A stretch of 64,000 nt of DNA from Kiritimatiellia bacterium (GCA_040767085.1 JAXGPF010000003.1:547572-611571); one strand, 5' to 3'; shown: positions 9,799 through 20,830, counted from the first letter of the stretch. Program-made: numbers and translations. The notes: generated from the sequence alone by a model not told the origin.

Positions 9799-9866
9799 GA
9801 GCCGCGGTCAGCGCCCGCGGCTACAGCGGAATCCGCTCTTCTGTAGCAGTCCGGCTTTGCCGGACT
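9799..9866. repeat. Two back-to-back GTAG-type REP-like palindromes
   Basis: Minus strand GTAG-CCGCGG-GCGCTGA-CCGCGG (9801-9824); plus strand GTAG-C-AGTCCGGC-TTT-GCCGGACT (9843-9866). Confidence 0.65.
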
Positions 9867-9963
9867 TTCCGGACCGAATGCGCCACGCCGCGGCGCCTAA
9901 CCAGAAAAATGACGGCGGAAAATTGATTGCCTGGCTGCCGAACACTATGTTACCCTGATTTCC

Positions 9964-11571
9964 ATGCCAACTAATCGCCTGCCGCTGCAACCGGTTCTCA
10001 CCACCGAGGAATACGCCGCGCTGGACCGATTCGGCGCGGCCCACCCTGGCGCCGCCAATTTGCCGGCCATCGCCGGATTCCTGCGTGAACTTTTCCATCT
10101 AGACCTTTCAACCGACCCGGAAATTATCGCCGGTTTCGCCGAAGACAGCAGCCACCTGCCGGGCCGGGCCCAGGCTCTGGCGCGGCCGGCCGACGAGCGC
10201 GGCTGCGCCGCCGTCCTGCGCATCTGCCGGGCCGCCGGTATCCCCGTGACGTTTTCCGGCGGCAAATCCAACCTGACCGGCAGCGCCACGCCGCCGGGCG
10301 GCGTCGTACTCTCCACCGTCCGCATGCTCGCGCCCACGGTGCGGGTGAATGCCGCCGGCCGCTGCGCCGCCGCGCCCGTCGGCATGCTGCTGGAAGACAT
10401 GCGCCGCGAAGTCATGCGGCAAACCGCCGGCAAATGGCGGTATCCGGTAGATCCCACCAGCCGCGCTGACGCCACGGTCGGCGGTTGCCTGGCCTGCAAT
10501 GCTTCCGGCTTCACGCCCGGAGAGAGCGGCGCCACCCGCGCCTGGGTGCAATCGCTGCGCTTCCTGCTCCCTAACGGCATGCTGATCTCCGCTGAACGCA
10601 ATCAATATGTCTCCTCCGGCGGCTTTTTTCACCTGGAAGACGGCCGCACGGTCCAGGCCTGGCCCATTCCCGCCTACCCGCGGCCCGCCATTAAAAATGC
10701 CGGCGGCCCCTTCAGTTCGCCCGACGGCGCCATGGATTTCGTGGACCTGGTCATCGGCAGCGAGGGCATCTTTGGGCTGGCAACGGCCTGCACGCTCCGG
10801 CTGGCGGAAAATCCGGGAGCATACCTGGACCTGTTCATCTCCCTGCCCGACGAGGAAGCCGCCCTGCGCCTGCTGGCGGCAGCGCGGGCGCACTTGAAAA
10901 ACGACCTGGGCCGCCTGACCGCTTTTGAATATTTCGGCGAGCATTGCCGGCAATACATGAAACACGAAGAGCGCTTTTTCCACGACACCGACCAGGTGGG
11001 CGTATATATCCAGGAGCCGCTGCGCGACAAGGAAATGGAGGATGCCGCCGGCGTTTGGCTGGAAATCCTGGCCGCCGCGGAATTGGACGTGCCGGATCAA
11101 TCCATCCTGATCCTGGACACGGACGCGCAGCGGGAACTATTCATGGAAGCGCGCCATTCCATGCCGGCCAACTCCCTGGAAGTCGTCCAGCAGCGCGGCA
11201 CGTTCACCATCATGACCGATACCGTCGTGCCATTCGATAAATTCCGGGAATTCCTGGAATTCACCCACGCCCAAATCCGCGCCCAAAATCTGGACTACCT
11301 CTCCTTCGGCCACCTGGGCGATTGCCACCTGCATTTTACCATCCTGCCGCACAAGCCGCAGATTGACCAGGCGGTGGCGGTGTATGACGCCATCATCGCC
11401 CGCAGCGCCGACCTCGGCGGCGTGTATTCCGGCGAACACGGCACCGGCAAGCGCAAGCGCCAGGATTTCCTGCGTTGTTACGGTCCGGCTGCCCTGGAAA
11501 TGGTGCGCCAATCCAAGCAGGCGGTTGACCCGCAAATGCTGGTCAACCGCGGCAATGTGATCCCGGAATAG
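9964..11571 (+). CDS. FAD-linked oxidoreductase, D-lactate/glycolate dehydrogenase (GlcD/Dld2)-like
   Basis: FAD_binding_4 motifs SGGKSNLTG, YPVDPTS, TVGGCLACNASG, IGSEGIFG; C-terminal FGHLGDCHLH and SGEHGTG. Confidence 0.88.
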   Translation: MPTNRLPLQPVLTTEEYAALDRFGAAHPGAANLPAIAGFLRELFHLDLSTDPEIIAGFAEDSSHLPGRAQALARPADERGCAAVLRICRAAGIPVTFSGGKSNLTGSATPPGGVVLSTVRMLAPTVRVNAAGRCAAAPVGMLLEDMRREVMRQTAGKWRYPVDPTSRADATVGGCLACNASGFTPGESGATRAWVQSLRFLLPNGMLISAERNQYVSSGGFFHLEDGRTVQAWPIPAYPRPAIKNAGGPFSSPDGAMDFVDLVIGSEGIFGLATACTLRLAENPGAYLDLFISLPDEEAALRLLAAARAHLKNDLGRLTAFEYFGEHCRQYMKHEERFFHDTDQVGVYIQEPLRDKEMEDAAGVWLEILAAAELDVPDQSILILDTDAQRELFMEARHSMPANSLEVVQQRGTFTIMTDTVVPFDKFREFLEFTHAQIRAQNLDYLSFGHLGDCHLHFTILPHKPQIDQAVAVYDAIIARSADLGGVYSGEHGTGKRKRQDFLRCYGPAALEMVRQSKQAVDPQMLVNRGNVIPE

Positions 11572-11578
11572 CCCCCAT

Positions 11579-12949
11579 ATGCCAAACCTTGCCTGCCACC
11601 TGGAATTTGGAAATCAAACACTGCGGCTGCAACTACCGGGACAAACGGATGTGCTCACCCTGCCCAGCGATCCGGCATTGCCGGACCCGGCCGCCGCCAT
11701 CCGCCAGGCGCTCGCCCACCCGCTGGGCGCGCCGCCCCTGGCCGAACTGGCGCGGCGCAAAAAAACTATCCTTCCCGACCCGCGGGCGGTCATCGTGGTC
11801 AGCGACAATACCCGCCCGGTGCCTTACAAAGGGCTTGGCGGCATCCTGCTGCCAATCGTGGCTACGCTGCGCGGCGCCGGCGTGGCCCGGATCGAAATCC
11901 TGGTGGCCACCGGCACCCACCGGCCGCTGACTGAAGCCGAATTGCGCCTGCTGCTGCCGGACGATGTCTTCGACGGCCAAATCGCCATCACCAACCATGT
12001 CTGTACCGATACCGCCCAGCTCCGGCAGATCGGATGCACTCCGTGCGGCGCCCGCGTGTCCGTCAACACCCGCTATCTGGACGCCGATATAAAAATCCTG
12101 ACCGGGCTGGTGGAGCCGCATTTCATGGCCGGCGCCAGCGGCGGCCCCAAGTCCATTTGCCCCGGCCTGGCGGGCGAAGAGGTCACGCACGTCTTCCATG
12201 GCGCCGCGCTGATGGATGACGAACGCTGCGCCAGCCTGAACTGCAGCGACAACCCCTGCCACGCGGAATCGCTGGCAGTGGCGCAAATGGCCGGGGTGGA
12301 TTTCATCGTGAATGTAACGCTGAACGGCGCCAAGCAACTGACGGGGATTTTCGCCGGCGGCATGCTGCCAGCCCACCAAGCCGCCGTGGCGCGGCTGCTG
12401 AACACCGGCGCCATCCGGATCGCCCGGGAATACGACCTGGTCCTGACCCATGCCGGTTTTGCCGGAATCAACCATTACCAGACCGCCAAGGCCGCCGTGG
12501 AGGCCGTCAAGGCTGTCCGGCCGGGCGGAACCGTGATCCTGGCCGCCAACCATACGGATGTTGACCCCGTGGGCGGACCCAATTACCGGCGCGTTTTGCC
12601 CATGTTGCGGCAATACGGGCCGGCGGAATTCGTCCGCCGGCTGCGCAGCCCGGACTGGCAGTTCATCCCGGAACAATGGGAAGTGCAGATGTGGTGCCGG
12701 GTGTTCCGTAAACTCGGACACCTTGACCATCTGGTCTATTGCGCGCCGCGGCTGGCCGGCGCCTTGTTCCGCCGGCGCGGCATCCCCGGCCGGGATGGCG
12801 GCGCGGCGCTGCCGGCCGGCGCGGACGACCGGGCCGCGGCGGAAGCCATGGTGCAAAAAGCGGTGGACGCGTATTTCCACGACCACGCCGGGGCCAACGC
12901 CGCAGTCCTGCTGGACGGCCCCTATGGCGTGCCGGCCTTGACCGCCTGA
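11579..12949 (+). CDS. larA: LarA-family nickel-pincer-dependent racemase/epimerase
   Basis: VVSDNTRP, ATGTHR, VEPHFMAGASGGPKS, FHGA and NHYQTAKA reproduce the LarA catalytic Asp/His/His/Lys/His/Lys pattern. Confidence 0.88.
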   Translation: MPNLACHLEFGNQTLRLQLPGQTDVLTLPSDPALPDPAAAIRQALAHPLGAPPLAELARRKKTILPDPRAVIVVSDNTRPVPYKGLGGILLPIVATLRGAGVARIEILVATGTHRPLTEAELRLLLPDDVFDGQIAITNHVCTDTAQLRQIGCTPCGARVSVNTRYLDADIKILTGLVEPHFMAGASGGPKSICPGLAGEEVTHVFHGAALMDDERCASLNCSDNPCHAESLAVAQMAGVDFIVNVTLNGAKQLTGIFAGGMLPAHQAAVARLLNTGAIRIAREYDLVLTHAGFAGINHYQTAKAAVEAVKAVRPGGTVILAANHTDVDPVGGPNYRRVLPMLRQYGPAEFVRRLRSPDWQFIPEQWEVQMWCRVFRKLGHLDHLVYCAPRLAGALFRRRGIPGRDGGAALPAGADDRAAAEAMVQKAVDAYFHDHAGANAAVLLDGPYGVPALTA

Positions 12950-13019
12950 TCCGCCAAGTAGTCCGTCCGCTAAATATTGATTGCGGACGGAAACAGCATT
13001 ATGTTAGCATAATTTGATT

Positions 13020-13153
13020 CTAGCGGCCGAACGGTGTTCGGCATCCGGTTACTGTAGTGACCGAACGGTGTTCGGCATCCGTTTTACTGTAGCGGCCGAA
13101 CGGTGTTCGGCATCCGGTTACTGTAGCCCGGATGCGCAACGCCGTTGCGCCTC
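13020..13153 (+). repeat. Tandem REP-like array, 3 x 34-35 bp plus a partial/variant unit
   Basis: GTAGCGGCCGAACGGTGTTCGGCATCCGGTTACT-like units starting at 13020, 13054 and 13089, then GTAG at 13123. No unique spacers. Confidence 0.85.
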
Positions 13154-13175
13154 CATAAGATGTTTTCCCGTAAAA

Positions 13176-14198
13176 ATGAACCGCCAAAGCATTGACGCAG
13201 AAAAAGTCCCAGCCGCCGAAACGCCAGCACCCGCCCGCGTGTTAATCGTCAAACTCAGTTCATTGGGTGATTTAATCCACGCGCTGCCGGCAGTCCACTG
13301 CCTGAAAACCGGTTTGCCGGCGGTGATTGACTGGGTGGTCAACACGGAATATGCCGACCTGGTCCGCTGTTTTAACGATGTGCGCCGGGTGATCCCGTTC
13401 CCACGCCATGCGCTGAAACAGTTGCCGGCTTTCCGGCGCGCCTTGCAGCGCGAGGAATACGACCTGGTCGTTGATTTACAGGGCCTGCTCAAAAGCGCGT
13501 TGATCACCCGCCTGGCGCGCGCCGCGCGGCGCATCGGCCCTTCCTTTCAGCGCGAAGGCGCGCGCTGGTTTTACCACGCCCTGGCCGGTCCGCCCGACCG
13601 CCGGCGCCATGCCGTGGAACAAAACCTGGATGTAGTCCGTTACCTGGACCTGCCGCAGGCAGCGCCGGTCTTTCCCATGCGGTTTACCCGCCCCTCCCTT
13701 AACGCGCCGGAGCCCCGCCTGGCGCTGATTCCCTGTTCACGCTGGCCCAGCAAAAACTGGCCATTATCCGCCTTTACCCAAACCGCGCGGGAAGTGCACA
13801 GCCGCACACATGCGACGATTTACATCCTGGGCGGCCAGGCCGACGCCGCAACCTGTGCAAAGCTGGCGCGGGAACTGTCAGGCTTCGCCGTCAACCTGGC
13901 CGGCCGCCTGACTTTGCCGGAATTGGGCGGGTATCTGCAGGCCATGCAACTGGTAATTTCGAACGATTCGGGGCCGATGCACATCGCCGCCGCCCTGGAC
14001 GTGCCGGTGCTGGCGGTGTTCGGACCGACCGATCCGGCGCGCACCGGCCCCTATGGCGCGATCCACCAGGTTTTCAACGGCCGGCTGTCCTGCCAACCCT
14101 GTTATCGCCGGCGCTGCCGGTACGGCGCCAACCCCTGCCTGCAGGCGATCCTCCCGGAACAGGTAACGGCAGCGGCCTTGGAAATTTTACATGATTAG
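13176..14198 (+). CDS. LPS heptosyltransferase (GT9, WaaC/WaaF-like)
   Basis: VLIVKLSSLGDLIH, YDLVVDLQGLLKSA, WPSKNWP, SNDSGPMHIAAA, FGPTDPARTGP. Start moved to ATG 13176 because the upstream extension is REP-array translation. Confidence 0.92.
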   Translation: MNRQSIDAEKVPAAETPAPARVLIVKLSSLGDLIHALPAVHCLKTGLPAVIDWVVNTEYADLVRCFNDVRRVIPFPRHALKQLPAFRRALQREEYDLVVDLQGLLKSALITRLARAARRIGPSFQREGARWFYHALAGPPDRRRHAVEQNLDVVRYLDLPQAAPVFPMRFTRPSLNAPEPRLALIPCSRWPSKNWPLSAFTQTAREVHSRTHATIYILGGQADAATCAKLARELSGFAVNLAGRLTLPELGGYLQAMQLVISNDSGPMHIAAALDVPVLAVFGPTDPARTGPYGAIHQVFNGRLSCQPCYRRRCRYGANPCLQAILPEQVTAAALEILHD

Positions 14199-14287
14199 AG
14201 CCGATTTTAAAACTCACGTATTGAAAGCAACTCTTATTAATCCTGAATTCTATCGGACCGCTGCCATTTGAAAACACAGGAGAAGCA

Positions 14288-15511
14288 ATGAACGATAAAA
14301 TGCAAACCGCCCGCCAGGCCGCCTTGGAAATCCTGCAACCTGATCAACGGACGCTGGAACACGCGCGCGCGCTGCACCGCGACGCCGTGGTGATAGATAC
14401 GTACGGTTTCGGCCCCAATCCGGGCCGCGATACGTCCCTGCTCCAGGCCGCGCTGGACCGCGGCCTGTCCGACGCGGAAATCCAGGACTTGCGCGAAAGC
14501 ATGCCTATGCTCCGGCAATTGACCGATCCGGCCGAACTGGCGGAATACAAGGACGCCTGGGATGAATCCGGTGTAACCTGCCTGATGCGCAATGCCGGAG
14601 AGGAGTCCCAGGCGCCGCTGGTCCTGCTCAAGCGCCTGGCGCGGTTCGTGCACGTGACTGACGTCCTGCGCGATTTCGTGCCCAAGGCGGTTAACGCCGA
14701 CGATATCGCCGCCGCCCACCAGGCCGGCCGGCACAGCATCTGTCTTTCCGGCAACGGCGTGCCCCTGGCCCAGGAATGGCGTTTCGTGACCGCCGAGCTG
14801 GCTTGGCTTAAGGTGTTCCACCAACTCGGCATCCGCATGATGCACCTGACTTATAACCGGCGCAACATGCTGGGCGACGGCTGCGCCGAGGAATCCAATG
14901 CCGGTCTGAGCGACTTCGGCCGGCACACCATCGCGGAAATGAACCGGGTGGGCATCATCGTGGATGTCGCCCATTCCGGCTGGCGCACCAGCCTGGAAGC
15001 CGCGCAGGCATCCACCCGCCCGATCGTGGCCAGCCATACCGTCTGCGATGCCGTCAACCACCATTGCCGCGCCAAACCGGATGAAGTCATCCGCGCCATC
15101 CTCGACGGCGGCGGCATGCTGGGAATCTGCTGTATCTCCAGCTTCCTGGGCGGCTCGGGCGATATTGCGGCATTATTGGACCATCTGGACTACATGGTCA
15201 GAAAATTCGGCGCCGACTCCGTCGGCATCGGCACGGACACGGGCTATCAATCCTCCATCCCGCCCCGCCAGGCCCTGCCGCCCCCAAAACAACCGCGCCC
15301 GTCGCGTTTTGAGTATTATTGGCCCGCCGGCACCTTTGCCGATCCGCGCTGGAACCAGCCGCGGCAACTGCTCAGTCTGGACTGGATCAACTGGCCGATG
15401 TTCACCGCGGGCCTGGTGCAGCGCGGACACAGCGATGACACGATCCGGAAAATTCTGGGCGGCAATTTCCTCCGCGTGTTGCGGGCGAATGCAATAAACG
15501 GCGCCCTGTAA
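14288..15511 (+). CDS. Membrane dipeptidase family (peptidase M19) protein
   Basis: LGIRMMHLTYNRRN, GLSDFGR, EMNRVGIIVDVAH, VASHT, VGIGTD, KILGGNFLRV. Confidence 0.88.
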   Translation: MNDKMQTARQAALEILQPDQRTLEHARALHRDAVVIDTYGFGPNPGRDTSLLQAALDRGLSDAEIQDLRESMPMLRQLTDPAELAEYKDAWDESGVTCLMRNAGEESQAPLVLLKRLARFVHVTDVLRDFVPKAVNADDIAAAHQAGRHSICLSGNGVPLAQEWRFVTAELAWLKVFHQLGIRMMHLTYNRRNMLGDGCAEESNAGLSDFGRHTIAEMNRVGIIVDVAHSGWRTSLEAAQASTRPIVASHTVCDAVNHHCRAKPDEVIRAILDGGGMLGICCISSFLGGSGDIAALLDHLDYMVRKFGADSVGIGTDTGYQSSIPPRQALPPPKQPRPSRFEYYWPAGTFADPRWNQPRQLLSLDWINWPMFTAGLVQRGHSDDTIRKILGGNFLRVLRANAINGAL

Positions 15512-15623
15512 CGTTATGCCTGGATGAACCATGCAATCGGATCAATTCCAGGCAAGGAGGACCAGGACGGCATTGAGAACCAGCAGAGGCGACGGATCAA
15601 CCCATAGCACAGGAGCGCATATC

Positions 15624-16280
15624 ATGCAAAAGAAGATTCTATGTCTGGCATTAACCGCGGCCATGCTCGGCACAGGGGCGTGGGCGGAAGAGGCGTGCAA
15701 AGCCGGTAAAAGCAAAGCCCATTGGGAACAGCAAAAACAGGAGCGCCAGGCGCACCGCAATCAAATGCGCGAGGAAACCAAGGCCTTCCATGAGTCCCTC
15801 AAGGGGCTGCCGGAGTCCGAGCGCTTGCAGGCCATGCAGGAATACGCCGAGGCGCGTTACCAGAAAAACCTCACCTTTAATGCCCAGCAATACCAGGAAA
15901 ACCTGGCCGGGCTGAAGGAAAACCTGGCGGCCAACGCCAAGCTGACCGATGCCCAGCGGACGGAAATCATTGCCTGCTTCGAGAAGCAACACCTCGAAAA
16001 CACGGAATTCAACGCCCAGCGCCATGCGGCTAACCAGGCCTTCATGCAGTCATTAATGCAGGACACCAGCCTGACCCCCGAACAGCGCCGGCAAAAGATG
16101 AAAGAACACCGCCGCGCCGACGCGGCCGAGCGTAAGGCGCACCGCGAGCAGCAGCAGTCCGCCCGCAAGGCCTGCCGGGAAAAAGCCTGCCCGGCATCAG
16201 CGGATTGCCAGGCGGATGCCAAACCGGGGAAAAAGGGCTGCCCGAAAAACTGCCAGTCGGGCCCGCAGGCTGAAGAGTAA
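15624..16280 (+). CDS. Secreted alpha-helical Gln/Glu/Arg-rich protein (Spy/CpxP/LTxxQ-like)
   Basis: AGGAG RBS; signal peptide MQKKILCLALTAAMLGTGAWA; LTDAQR and LTPEQR motifs; Cys-rich tail. Confidence 0.6.
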   Translation: MQKKILCLALTAAMLGTGAWAEEACKAGKSKAHWEQQKQERQAHRNQMREETKAFHESLKGLPESERLQAMQEYAEARYQKNLTFNAQQYQENLAGLKENLAANAKLTDAQRTEIIACFEKQHLENTEFNAQRHAANQAFMQSLMQDTSLTPEQRRQKMKEHRRADAAERKAHREQQQSARKACREKACPASADCQADAKPGKKGCPKNCQSGPQAEE

Positions 16281-16309
16281 CCGCCCTGCCGGCAGATCGG
16301 GAACGGCGC

Positions 16310-17335
16310 ATGGCCATGTTTAATCATGTTCCGATTTTAATGCCGCGGCGGTGGCTGGGGCCGGCCGCCGCCGCGGTCATCGTGCTGGCCGCCGCCGGCC
16401 TGCTGGCCGGCCATTACCGGATGCTGCTGCGCGCGAGCGAAGATGCTTACGCCACCATGCTGTGGCGCCAATCCGCCAAAACCGCCGGCCGCATCGAAAA
16501 TTATTTCCAGACCCTGCTCGCCAGCATGGCGGGCATCAGCATGACCGATCCGACGGCCGGTTTGCTGGAAACGGAATATGCGTCCGATATCGCGGCCATG
16601 CAGCGGTTGGACGATACGGGCAGCGTTACCGGCAACTGGACTCCGCATCCTGAAACAGCGGCCGCCTGGCCCGCGGAGCTGACTCCCGCGCAATGGGACC
16701 AACTGCAACAGGGCTTGCCCGTGGTGGCCAGCCATGCCGCTCCCCGCGATGCGCATTTCATTACCATCCACGCGCCGGTTTTCCAGGGCGCTGCCATCGC
16801 CGGCGCTGTCGGCGTCCTGATCGACGCCGAGACCGTGATCTGGCGCTGTTTCCCGCCCCTGGATGAACCGCTGGTGGCCGGATTCGCCTTGTACGCTGAA
16901 AACGGCCAGGCCTTCGCCGAAGCCGCGCGGCCGGAAGCCGTCGGACACTTGCAGCGCGGCAAGGTGTTGCGGACCGGGCCCTTGTGGGGGGCGCCGGAAA
17001 GCGGCATGGCCGGCTACCGGCTGGTGCAGCATGCCGGCGCGCGTTACCTTGCGGCCACTGCGCCGGCCATGCTGCCCGGCCAGACCACCTGGCTGGCAGC
17101 CAGTTCCATCGCCGGCGCCACGGCGGCGACTGCTCCGCGCGCCCTGATGAAACGCCTGGCCCGGCGCGGTTTGGGCGGATTGCTGCTGGGGATAGTCCTG
17201 TGGGCGGGCGGCGCCTGGGGCTGGCGGCGCCGGGCGCAATGGACGGGCTGGTGGCGGGAAATGAAACGCAAAATCGGCGCGCGCGCGACGTCCGGCAGCA
17301 GCCGGACCGCATCTCGCGAACCGCCCGCTCCCTGA
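16310..17335 (+). CDS. Membrane protein with two TM helices flanking a Cache-like extracytoplasmic domain
   Basis: N-terminal hydrophobic helix, ITIHAPVFQGAAIAGAVGVLID (Cache-like strand), second TM near the C-terminus, then only a short basic tail. Confidence 0.5.
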   Translation: MAMFNHVPILMPRRWLGPAAAAVIVLAAAGLLAGHYRMLLRASEDAYATMLWRQSAKTAGRIENYFQTLLASMAGISMTDPTAGLLETEYASDIAAMQRLDDTGSVTGNWTPHPETAAAWPAELTPAQWDQLQQGLPVVASHAAPRDAHFITIHAPVFQGAAIAGAVGVLIDAETVIWRCFPPLDEPLVAGFALYAENGQAFAEAARPEAVGHLQRGKVLRTGPLWGAPESGMAGYRLVQHAGARYLAATAPAMLPGQTTWLAASSIAGATAATAPRALMKRLARRGLGGLLLGIVLWAGGAWGWRRRAQWTGWWREMKRKIGARATSGSSRTASREPPAP

Positions 17336-18742
17336 TCAACCCGCATCTGCCGGAACGCCGTCTTCCGCGGCCGGCGCCAATTCCCGCGGCAGGCTGTCCA
17401 CCGTATTCAACGGCGTCAGTTCCTTCCGCGCATCCGCCGCTTGCAAATCCTGAAAACGCCGGGCGCTGACAAGCACCCGGCGTTCGAAAGTGCCGGCGGT
17501 CTGATTATACGCCGCCACGGCCTGGGCCAACGCCCGCCCCACCCGGCTGAAATGCCCTTCCAGGTCGGCGATCCGGCCGTAAAGTTCGCGGCCTAAATCG
17601 CTGATAGCCTGGGCGTTGGCGGCCAGATTTTCCTGGCGCCAGCCGTAGGCCACGGCCTTCAACAAGGCAATCAACGTCGTCGGCGTGGCCAGGATCACGC
17701 GCTGCTCCACGCCCGTTTCGATCAAGGCGGGATCTTTTTCCAGCGCGGCGCTGAAAAAACTTTCGCCCGGCAGGAACAAAACTACAAATTCCGGCGCGGG
17801 TTGGAACTGCTCCCAATACGATTTGCGGCTCAAGGCGGCAATATGCTCGCGCACATGCCGGGCATGATCCTGGAGGCGCGCCTGCCGCACCGTTTCGTCC
17901 TGCGCCTCAACGGCTTCCAGGTAGGCGGAAAGCACCGCCTTGGAATCCACCACAATGCGCTTGTCGCCGGGCAGATGCACGATCAAATCCGGCCGCAGGC
18001 GCCCGGTTTCGGCGTTCACGCTTTGCTGTTCCTGGAAATCGCAATGATCCAGCATGCCGGCCATCTCCACCACGCGCTTGAGCTGGATTTCGCCCCAGCG
18101 CCCGCGCACGCTCGGGGCGCGCAAGGCCCGTGACAGGTTGGCCGTTTCGTCCCGCAGGCGCGCCTGCACTTCCAGGAGCCCGCGCACCTGCTGCTGCAAG
18201 CCTTCGTAGGCGGCGGCGCGCGCGGTTTCCAACGCCCGCACCTGCGCATCGAATTTCTCAAGGGTATCCCGCACCGGCTGCACCAGCTGCGCAACGGCCT
18301 GCTGACGCCGCTCCAGATCGCCGCGCGCCGCGGTCTGAAATTGTTCCAGGTTGGCGCGCGCCAGCGCGAGGAAAGCCTGGTTATTGCCGCGCAGCGCCTC
18401 GGCGGAAAGCGCCTGAAAGGTTTCCGTCAGCCGGGTGCGCGCTTCTTCCAGTAAAGCCAGTTTTTCGCGGGCGGATTCGCGTTCCTTGACCAGGGTGGCG
18501 TTCAAGGCGGCGCGCTCCGCACAGCCGGCCGCATGCTCTTCGCGCAATCCGTCCAGCCGCGCGGCCTGCCGCTGCAATTCCTCCTTCAGTTCCCGGGTCC
18601 GTTGTTCCGCCGCGGCCAGTTTCTCGCCTAAAACCGATACCGCGCGCGCCTGGCGTTCCGACAGCCAGAGCCTGGCCAGGCCCCACGCCGCTAAAGCGCC
18701 CGTCGCCAGCCCGATGACCAACCAGATCCAATTCTCGTTCAT
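17336..18742 (-). CDS. rmuC: DNA recombination protein RmuC
   Basis: N-terminal TM, coiled coil, [45 protein letters not shown]. Confidence 0.95.
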   Translation of the reverse strand: MNENWIWLVIGLATGALAAWGLARLWLSERQARAVSVLGEKLAAAEQRTRELKEELQRQAARLDGLREEHAAGCAERAALNATLVKERESAREKLALLEEARTRLTETFQALSAEALRGNNQAFLALARANLEQFQTAARGDLERRQQAVAQLVQPVRDTLEKFDAQVRALETARAAAYEGLQQQVRGLLEVQARLRDETANLSRALRAPSVRGRWGEIQLKRVVEMAGMLDHCDFQEQQSVNAETGRLRPDLIVHLPGDKRIVVDSKAVLSAYLEAVEAQDETVRQARLQDHARHVREHIAALSRKSYWEQFQPAPEFVVLFLPGESFFSAALEKDPALIETGVEQRVILATPTTLIALLKAVAYGWRQENLAANAQAISDLGRELYGRIADLEGHFSRVGRALAQAVAAYNQTAGTFERRVLVSARRFQDLQAADARKELTPLNTVDSLPRELAPAAEDGVPADAG

Positions 18743-20820
18743 CGCCTTCCTGCCCCGCGTTTTTCAAACCTGTGAAACACCAGCGCCGTCCGCGCCGGCA
18801 GATAAACCGGCAAAACATGGTCCCCGGCGCCGCGGCCCGGTTGGGTGGCGTAAACCCGGCCATCCTCTACCCGGCCAAAACCGCCGAAATAACGGGCATC
18901 CGTATCCAGGAGCAGCCGGTATTCGCCCGGGCTGGCCGCCACGGTCAAATCCGGATAAGACCGGCTGGGATTAAAATTGAAGACAAACAGCAGGCGGGCG
19001 CGTTCAAAGCCCAAAACCTGGCCGGCGCAGTCTTCCAGCCGCAGCCGGGGATGCGCATCTTCCAGCAAATGCGTCAACCGGGCCAACTCGATCATGGCTC
19101 TGTCAAAATCCGCCAGGAAACGATAGACCAGCGCCGGATCGTCGCGCAGCCCCCATTGCCGGCGCGCATAGTGATACGACCAGTGATTGCCCGCGCGCGG
19201 AAAATCGATCCATTCCGGATGGCCGAATTCATTGCCCATGAAATTCAAATAGCCATGGCCGGCGGCGGCCAGGGTGATCAGCCGGATCATTTTGTGCAGC
19301 GCCAGGCCGCGGTCCACTTTCAGGTTCCGCCGGTCCGCCGCCATGTGGTCGTACATATCGCGCTCGATCAGGCGGAAAATCAAGGTCTGGTCCCCTACCA
19401 GCGCCTGGTCGTGCGATTCGGCGTAACTGATCGTCCGCTCGTCCGCGCGGCGGTTGGTCAATTCATGCCACAAGCCGCCCATGTGCCATGCTTCATCGGG
19501 AGTATGCTTGATCAGTTTGATCCAGTAATCCGGAATCCCCATGGCCAACCGGTAATCGAAATCCGCGCCGGCGCGTTCCGCGGGCGCCGCCAGCCCGGGC
19601 ATACCGCTGACGTCTTCGGCAATCGTGATGGCATCCGGGCGGACGGCATGGATCACCCGGTTGGCCAGGGTCAGATAAACCAGCGCCTGCTCGTCAACGC
19701 TTTCGTCGAAATAATCCCTGTAATCCGTAAATGCCTTGTTCATCCCGTGATGGCGGTACGCCATGCTGGTGATGCCGTCGAAGCGATACCCGTCGAAATG
19801 ATACTCATCCAGCCAGAACCGGCAGTTGGAAAGCAGGAAATGCAGCACCTCGGGCTTGCCGTAATCGAAGCAGCGGGAATCCCACAAGGCATGCTCGCCG
19901 CGCGGTCCAGCGTGGAAATACTGGTATAGCGTGCCATCAAACCGGCTCAGCCCCTCGACCTCGTTGCGGGCGGCGTGCGAGTGGATTAAATCCATAATGA
20001 CGGCCAGGCCCGCCCCATGGGCGGCGTCCACCAGCGCCTTCAATTCTTCCGGCGGACCGAACCGCGAGGAAGCGGCGAAATAATTGGTGACATGGTAGCC
20101 AAAGGAACCGTAATACGGATGTTCCTGCACCGCCATCAATTGTATGACATTATAGCCGGCGTCCACGATGCGCGGCAAAACCTGCTCCCGGAATTCCCGG
20201 TACGTGCCAACCCGTCCCTCCGGGAGCGCCATGCCAACGTGCGCCTCGTAAATCAGGGGCGGATCCGGCGGCCGGCGGTAATCCGGATGGCGCCAGACAT
20301 ACGGATGCGGGGGATCCCAGATCTGCGCATTGAAACTCCTGGTGTTTTCGTCCTGCACCGCCCGGCGCGTGTAAGCCGGCAGGCGTTCGCCGCCGCCGCC
20401 CGGCCATTCCAGACGCAAGCGGTATAAATCGCCATGGCACAGGCGCTCCCGCGGCACGCGCAATTCCCAGATGCCGGCCGGCAGGGAGTTGAAAGAAAAA
20501 TCCGGGTGTTCCCGCCAGCCGGAGAAACCGCCGATCAGGTGCATGCGGGTGGCATTGGGCGCCCACTCGCGCAAAACCCATTCCCCGCCGCAGCGATGCA
20601 GGCCGAAATAGTTATGGCCGGCAGCGAAGTCCGCCAGCGGCTGCCGGCCGCCGGTCAAGCGCTGTTCCATTTCCCGGACAGCGCCAGCCCGCTGCAGGAT
20701 CCGCTCGACATGGGGAGCTAAATACGGATCTTCCGCATAAAAAGGGCGGCATGCCCGGGGTCGGCGTCTGCGTCCGGGGGATGCATTTTGCACGCGCGGA
20801 CAATTTCCTGTCGCCGGCAA
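18739..20820 (-). CDS. glgB: 1,4-alpha-glucan branching enzyme (GH13_8 type); start uncertain
   Basis: [78 protein letters not shown]. Confidence 0.93.
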   Translation of the reverse strand: MPATGNCPRVQNASPGRRRRPRACRPFYAEDPYLAPHVERILQRAGAVREMEQRLTGGRQPLADFAAGHNYFGLHRCGGEWVLREWAPNATRMHLIGGFSGWREHPDFSFNSLPAGIWELRVPRERLCHGDLYRLRLEWPGGGGERLPAYTRRAVQDENTRSFNAQIWDPPHPYVWRHPDYRRPPDPPLIYEAHVGMALPEGRVGTYREFREQVLPRIVDAGYNVIQLMAVQEHPYYGSFGYHVTNYFAASSRFGPPEELKALVDAAHGAGLAVIMDLIHSHAARNEVEGLSRFDGTLYQYFHAGPRGEHALWDSRCFDYGKPEVLHFLLSNCRFWLDEYHFDGYRFDGITSMAYRHHGMNKAFTDYRDYFDESVDEQALVYLTLANRVIHAVRPDAITIAEDVSGMPGLAAPAERAGADFDYRLAMGIPDYWIKLIKHTPDEAWHMGGLWHELTNRRADERTISYAESHDQALVGDQTLIFRLIERDMYDHMAADRRNLKVDRGLALHKMIRLITLAAAGHGYLNFMGNEFGHPEWIDFPRAGNHWSYHYARRQWGLRDDPALVYRFLADFDRAMIELARLTHLLEDAHPRLRLEDCAGQVLGFERARLLFVFNFNPSRSYPDLTVAASPGEYRLLLDTDARYFGGFGRVEDGRVYATQPGRGAGDHVLPVYLPARTALVFHRFEKRGAGRR

Positions 20821-20830
20821 TTTAATGCAA

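Noticed and set aside
9473..9846. His/Thr/Pro-rich small ORFs
   Set aside because: They are translations of the octamer repeat tract in all three frames.
13020..13153. CRISPR array (palindromic ~30-bp repeats)
   Set aside because: Units are separated by only a few near-identical bases, with no unique spacers and no cas genes; fits a REP array.
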